Shown here: piece by piece, positions 17,901 through 20,000 of the stretch
Numbering within the stretch: the stretch's first letter is position 1
Layout: each line of letters starts with the position of its first letter
Origin: an uncultured virus (IMG/VR IMGVR_UViG_3300033158_000302)
Taxonomy: Duplodnaviria; Heunggongvirae; Uroviricota; Caudoviricetes
Direction: 5' to 3' (one strand)
DNA: 20,000 bases
IMG/VR virus record: IMGVR_UViG_3300033158_000302
The notes under the pieces: model-generated
Databases searched by the model: none
Seen by the model: only the letters and a program-made list of their open reading frames with translations
What the model was told of the DNA's origin: nothing
Program-made: the position numbers and the translations under genes

Positions 17901-17999
17901 AAGGCGCCGCCCGATAACAAGACGGCAACCGCTGGACCCACCAAGAGGTCCTCCGACCCAAACGAAGTAGCGGTCCCCTGGCACTTCGGGCGGCACCTT
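17901..17999 (-). ncRNA. Putative Y-RNA-like ncRNA, gene-proximal unit
   Basis: 81-nt core (17910-17990) repeated at 18021-18101; closed by a 14-bp stem AAGGUGCCGCCCGA/UCGGGCGGCGCCUU; directly upstream of a Ro60 homolog. Confidence 0.75.
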
Positions 18000-18014
18000 G
18001 CAGCAAGCATCATG

Positions 18015-18107
18015 GCCTCCCCCGATAACAAGACGGCGACCGCTGGACCACCGAAGGGGTCCTCCGTTGAATGCGAAGTAACGGTCCCCTGGCACTTCGG
18101 GAGAAGC
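18015..18107 (-). ncRNA. Putative Y-RNA-like ncRNA, gene-distal unit
   Basis: Same core, closed by a different stem GCUUCUCCCGA/UCGGGGGAGGC whose wobble pairs form only on the minus strand; internal cUUCGg hairpin. Confidence 0.75.
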
Positions 18108-18115
18108 ACCACCCC

Positions 18116-18121
18116 ACCCTA
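18116..18121 (-). promoter_or_regulatory. Possible -10 element for the RNA-TROVE transcript
   Basis: TAGGGT (TANNNT type) 8 nt upstream of the first RNA stem; no convincing -35. Confidence 0.3.
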
Positions 18122-18218
18122 AACCCCGCACCCGCCCAGCGCCAGAAGATTAAACAGGCCCCCGCCCCGCCCAGCCTGGTGTTAGCCTCCCCCCGACCGC
18201 ACCCAACGGGAGGAAACC

Positions 18219-20000
18219 GTGTCCACCCCTGCCACCCCGCCGGCGCTCGGCCGCCGCCCCGCCGACCCCGCCCGGTACGCCAACACAATCCTGCTGCGCC
18301 TCACCGGCGCCGTGCCCGCACACCCCCTCATCGCCGACCACCTGTCCAAAGTCCCTGCCTGGATGCTCGGCGGCAACGACCGCTACGGGACCTGCCTGAC
18401 GCCAGAGACGAAGGTTCTCACAGCAGACCTGCTGTGGGTTCCGGTCGGCGAGCTGGCTGAAGGTGACCACCTCCTGGGCTTCGACGAGCTTCCGCGCGGA
18501 GGCAACGCCGGTCGGCAGTACTGCCGCAGTGTCGTCGAAGACGCCAAGGTTGTCCGGAAAGAGTGCTACGACCTCGTGTTCGAGGACGGCACTCACGTGC
18601 GCTGTTCCGCTGACCACCGCTGGCTCGTCTCCAGTACGGTGCAGGGGCAGCTTCAGACACAGCAGTGGCTCAGGACCGATGAAATGCGCGCAAGCGCGCC
18701 GCGGCAGACCAAGGTCATCAAGCCGCTGGACGTCTGGGAGACAGATGACTCCCGCGCCGCTGGCTATCTCGCTGCCGCCTTCGACGGGGAGGGCTGCTTG
18801 GAACAGACCCGGCACGGCAAGTACGCCAACCGGGTCAACTTCGTCCAATCCGACAATCCCATGCTGGCGGAAGCCGAGCGGTGCCTGAAGGAACTCGGCT
18901 ACCCGTTCAATCACACGATCACTTCGAGCGGTCAGCGACTGCGCGTGGACGGTACGCGGCGGTTCGACAAGCACCGTCTTGAGGTCAGCCCGCGGTCAGA
19001 GTACATCCGTTTCCTGGGCTCGGTGCGGCCAGTCAGGCTCTTGCCCAAGCTGGAGATCGGTCGGCTTGGCCGCATCGACGGCCGCGCGGTCCGGCTCGTC
19101 AGCATCGAACGAGCTGGTATCCGCGACGTAGTGAAGCTCGAAACCTCGTCAAAGACCTACTTCGCTGCGGGCTTGGCCTCACATAATTGTGGTCCGACAT
19201 ATGTGGCCAACCTGGCCGTGCTCACCTGGAAATACTTGCTTGGCCTCGACATCAGCGTCAGCGACGACGCCATCTTCGACCTGTACCGACGGTCCGGGAA
19301 CCCCAACTTTGACCCGGCCACCGACGCGGACGACAACGGTGTCGACATGACCGTCATGCTGTCCGCGCTCGTGTCCGGCGGCATCACCATCACCCACAGC
19401 GACGGCGGCACCGAACTGGTCAAGCCGATCTGCTTCGCCAAACACGGCACCGGCGTCGACCTGGTCCGCGCCGTCACCTCGATATTCGGCGCGTCCGGGC
19501 TCGGCGTCGACCTCGACGTCGCCCAGCAAACCCAAACCGACGCGCACCTATGGGACTACGTAGCCAACTCGCCCGGCTGGGGCGGGCACGCCATCCCCGG
19601 CGGCGCCTACACCAGCTCCGCCGCCCCCGGCACCGCCGACGTCACCTGCATCACCTGGACCGAAAAAGTCGGCATGACCGACCTGTTCATCTCCCGGCAG
19701 CTCGCCGAAGCCTACGCCGTCGTGTGGCAGCCGCTATGGGACCATCCCGCCTTCCAGGCCGGCGTCGACCAGGCCGCCCTCGCCGCCGACTACACCGCCT
19801 GCACCGGCCGGCCATTCCCGCTGCCCGTCCCGCCAGGCCCGCCCGGGCCAGCCGTCCGCATCGACCCCGCCGACCAGGCCCTGCACGACAACACCCACGT
19901 GCGGGCATTCCTGGCCGGTCACCGCGGCAGTGAAGTCTTCCAGGCCGCCGGCGCGATCCTCGACTGGGAACGCGCCAAAGGATTCACCACCATCCCCTGA
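18219..20000 (+). CDS. Intein-containing papain-like cysteine peptidase (593-aa precursor, 328 aa spliced)
   Basis: GTG after GGGAGG. Spliced motif WMLGGNDRYGT|CGPTYVAN, then DDNG, GGHAI and CITW. Confidence 0.8.
   Translation: MSTPATPPALGRRPADPARYANTILLRLTGAVPAHPLIADHLSKVPAWMLGGNDRYGTCLTPETKVLTADLLWVPVGELAEGDHLLGFDELPRGGNAGRQYCRSVVEDAKVVRKECYDLVFEDGTHVRCSADHRWLVSSTVQGQLQTQQWLRTDEMRASAPRQTKVIKPLDVWETDDSRAAGYLAAAFDGEGCLEQTRHGKYANRVNFVQSDNPMLAEAERCLKELGYPFNHTITSSGQRLRVDGTRRFDKHRLEVSPRSEYIRFLGSVRPVRLLPKLEIGRLGRIDGRAVRLVSIERAGIRDVVKLETSSKTYFAAGLASHNCGPTYVANLAVLTWKYLLGLDISVSDDAIFDLYRRSGNPNFDPATDADDNGVDMTVMLSALVSGGITITHSDGGTELVKPICFAKHGTGVDLVRAVTSIFGASGLGVDLDVAQQTQTDAHLWDYVANSPGWGGHAIPGGAYTSSAAPGTADVTCITWTEKVGMTDLFISRQLAEAYAVVWQPLWDHPAFQAGVDQAALAADYTACTGRPFPLPVPPGPPGPAVRIDPADQALHDNTHVRAFLAGHRGSEVFQAAGAILDWERAKGFTTIP
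18393..19187 (+). mobile_element. Intein (265 aa) with one LAGLIDADG motif
   Basis: Block A CLTPETKVLTAD, block B VRCSADHRWLV, LAGLIDADG-like GYLAAAFDGEGC, terminal YFAAGLASHN followed by Cys+1. Confidence 0.93.

Noticed and set aside
17860..18006. 49-aa N-terminal extension of the TROVE ORF in the supplied track
   Set aside because: It runs through the RNA unit. The RBS and the family-like sequence begin at GTG 17859.
17910..18101. CRISPR array
   Set aside because: Only two 81-nt units with internal structure, no repeat-spacer periodicity and no cas genes.

Overview
High-GC actinobacterial siphovirus or prophage late region. On the + strand: end of a probable tail terminator, two small proteins, major tail tube, tail assembly chaperone with a probable -1 frameshift, a 1239-aa tape measure protein ending in a lytic transglycosylase domain, an enlarged distal tail protein with two carbohydrate-binding modules, minor tail proteins, three membrane proteins, a GH25 endolysin and a permuted papain-like amidase. 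An accessory region follows: a tRNA-like fragment, small ORFs, a bidirectional terminator, and a 330-bp non-autonomous IS200/IS605 element keeping a TnpB omegaRNA-like scaffold. Next is a minus-strand Ro60/TROVE gene preceded by two tandem structured Y-RNA-like units, each with a different 7-nt anticodon-like loop. The window ends with a papain-like peptidase whose predicted catalytic Cys is split off by an intein. The TROVE plus tandem RNA module is the best candidate for an undescribed system. All calls come from reading motifs by eye; no database searches were run.
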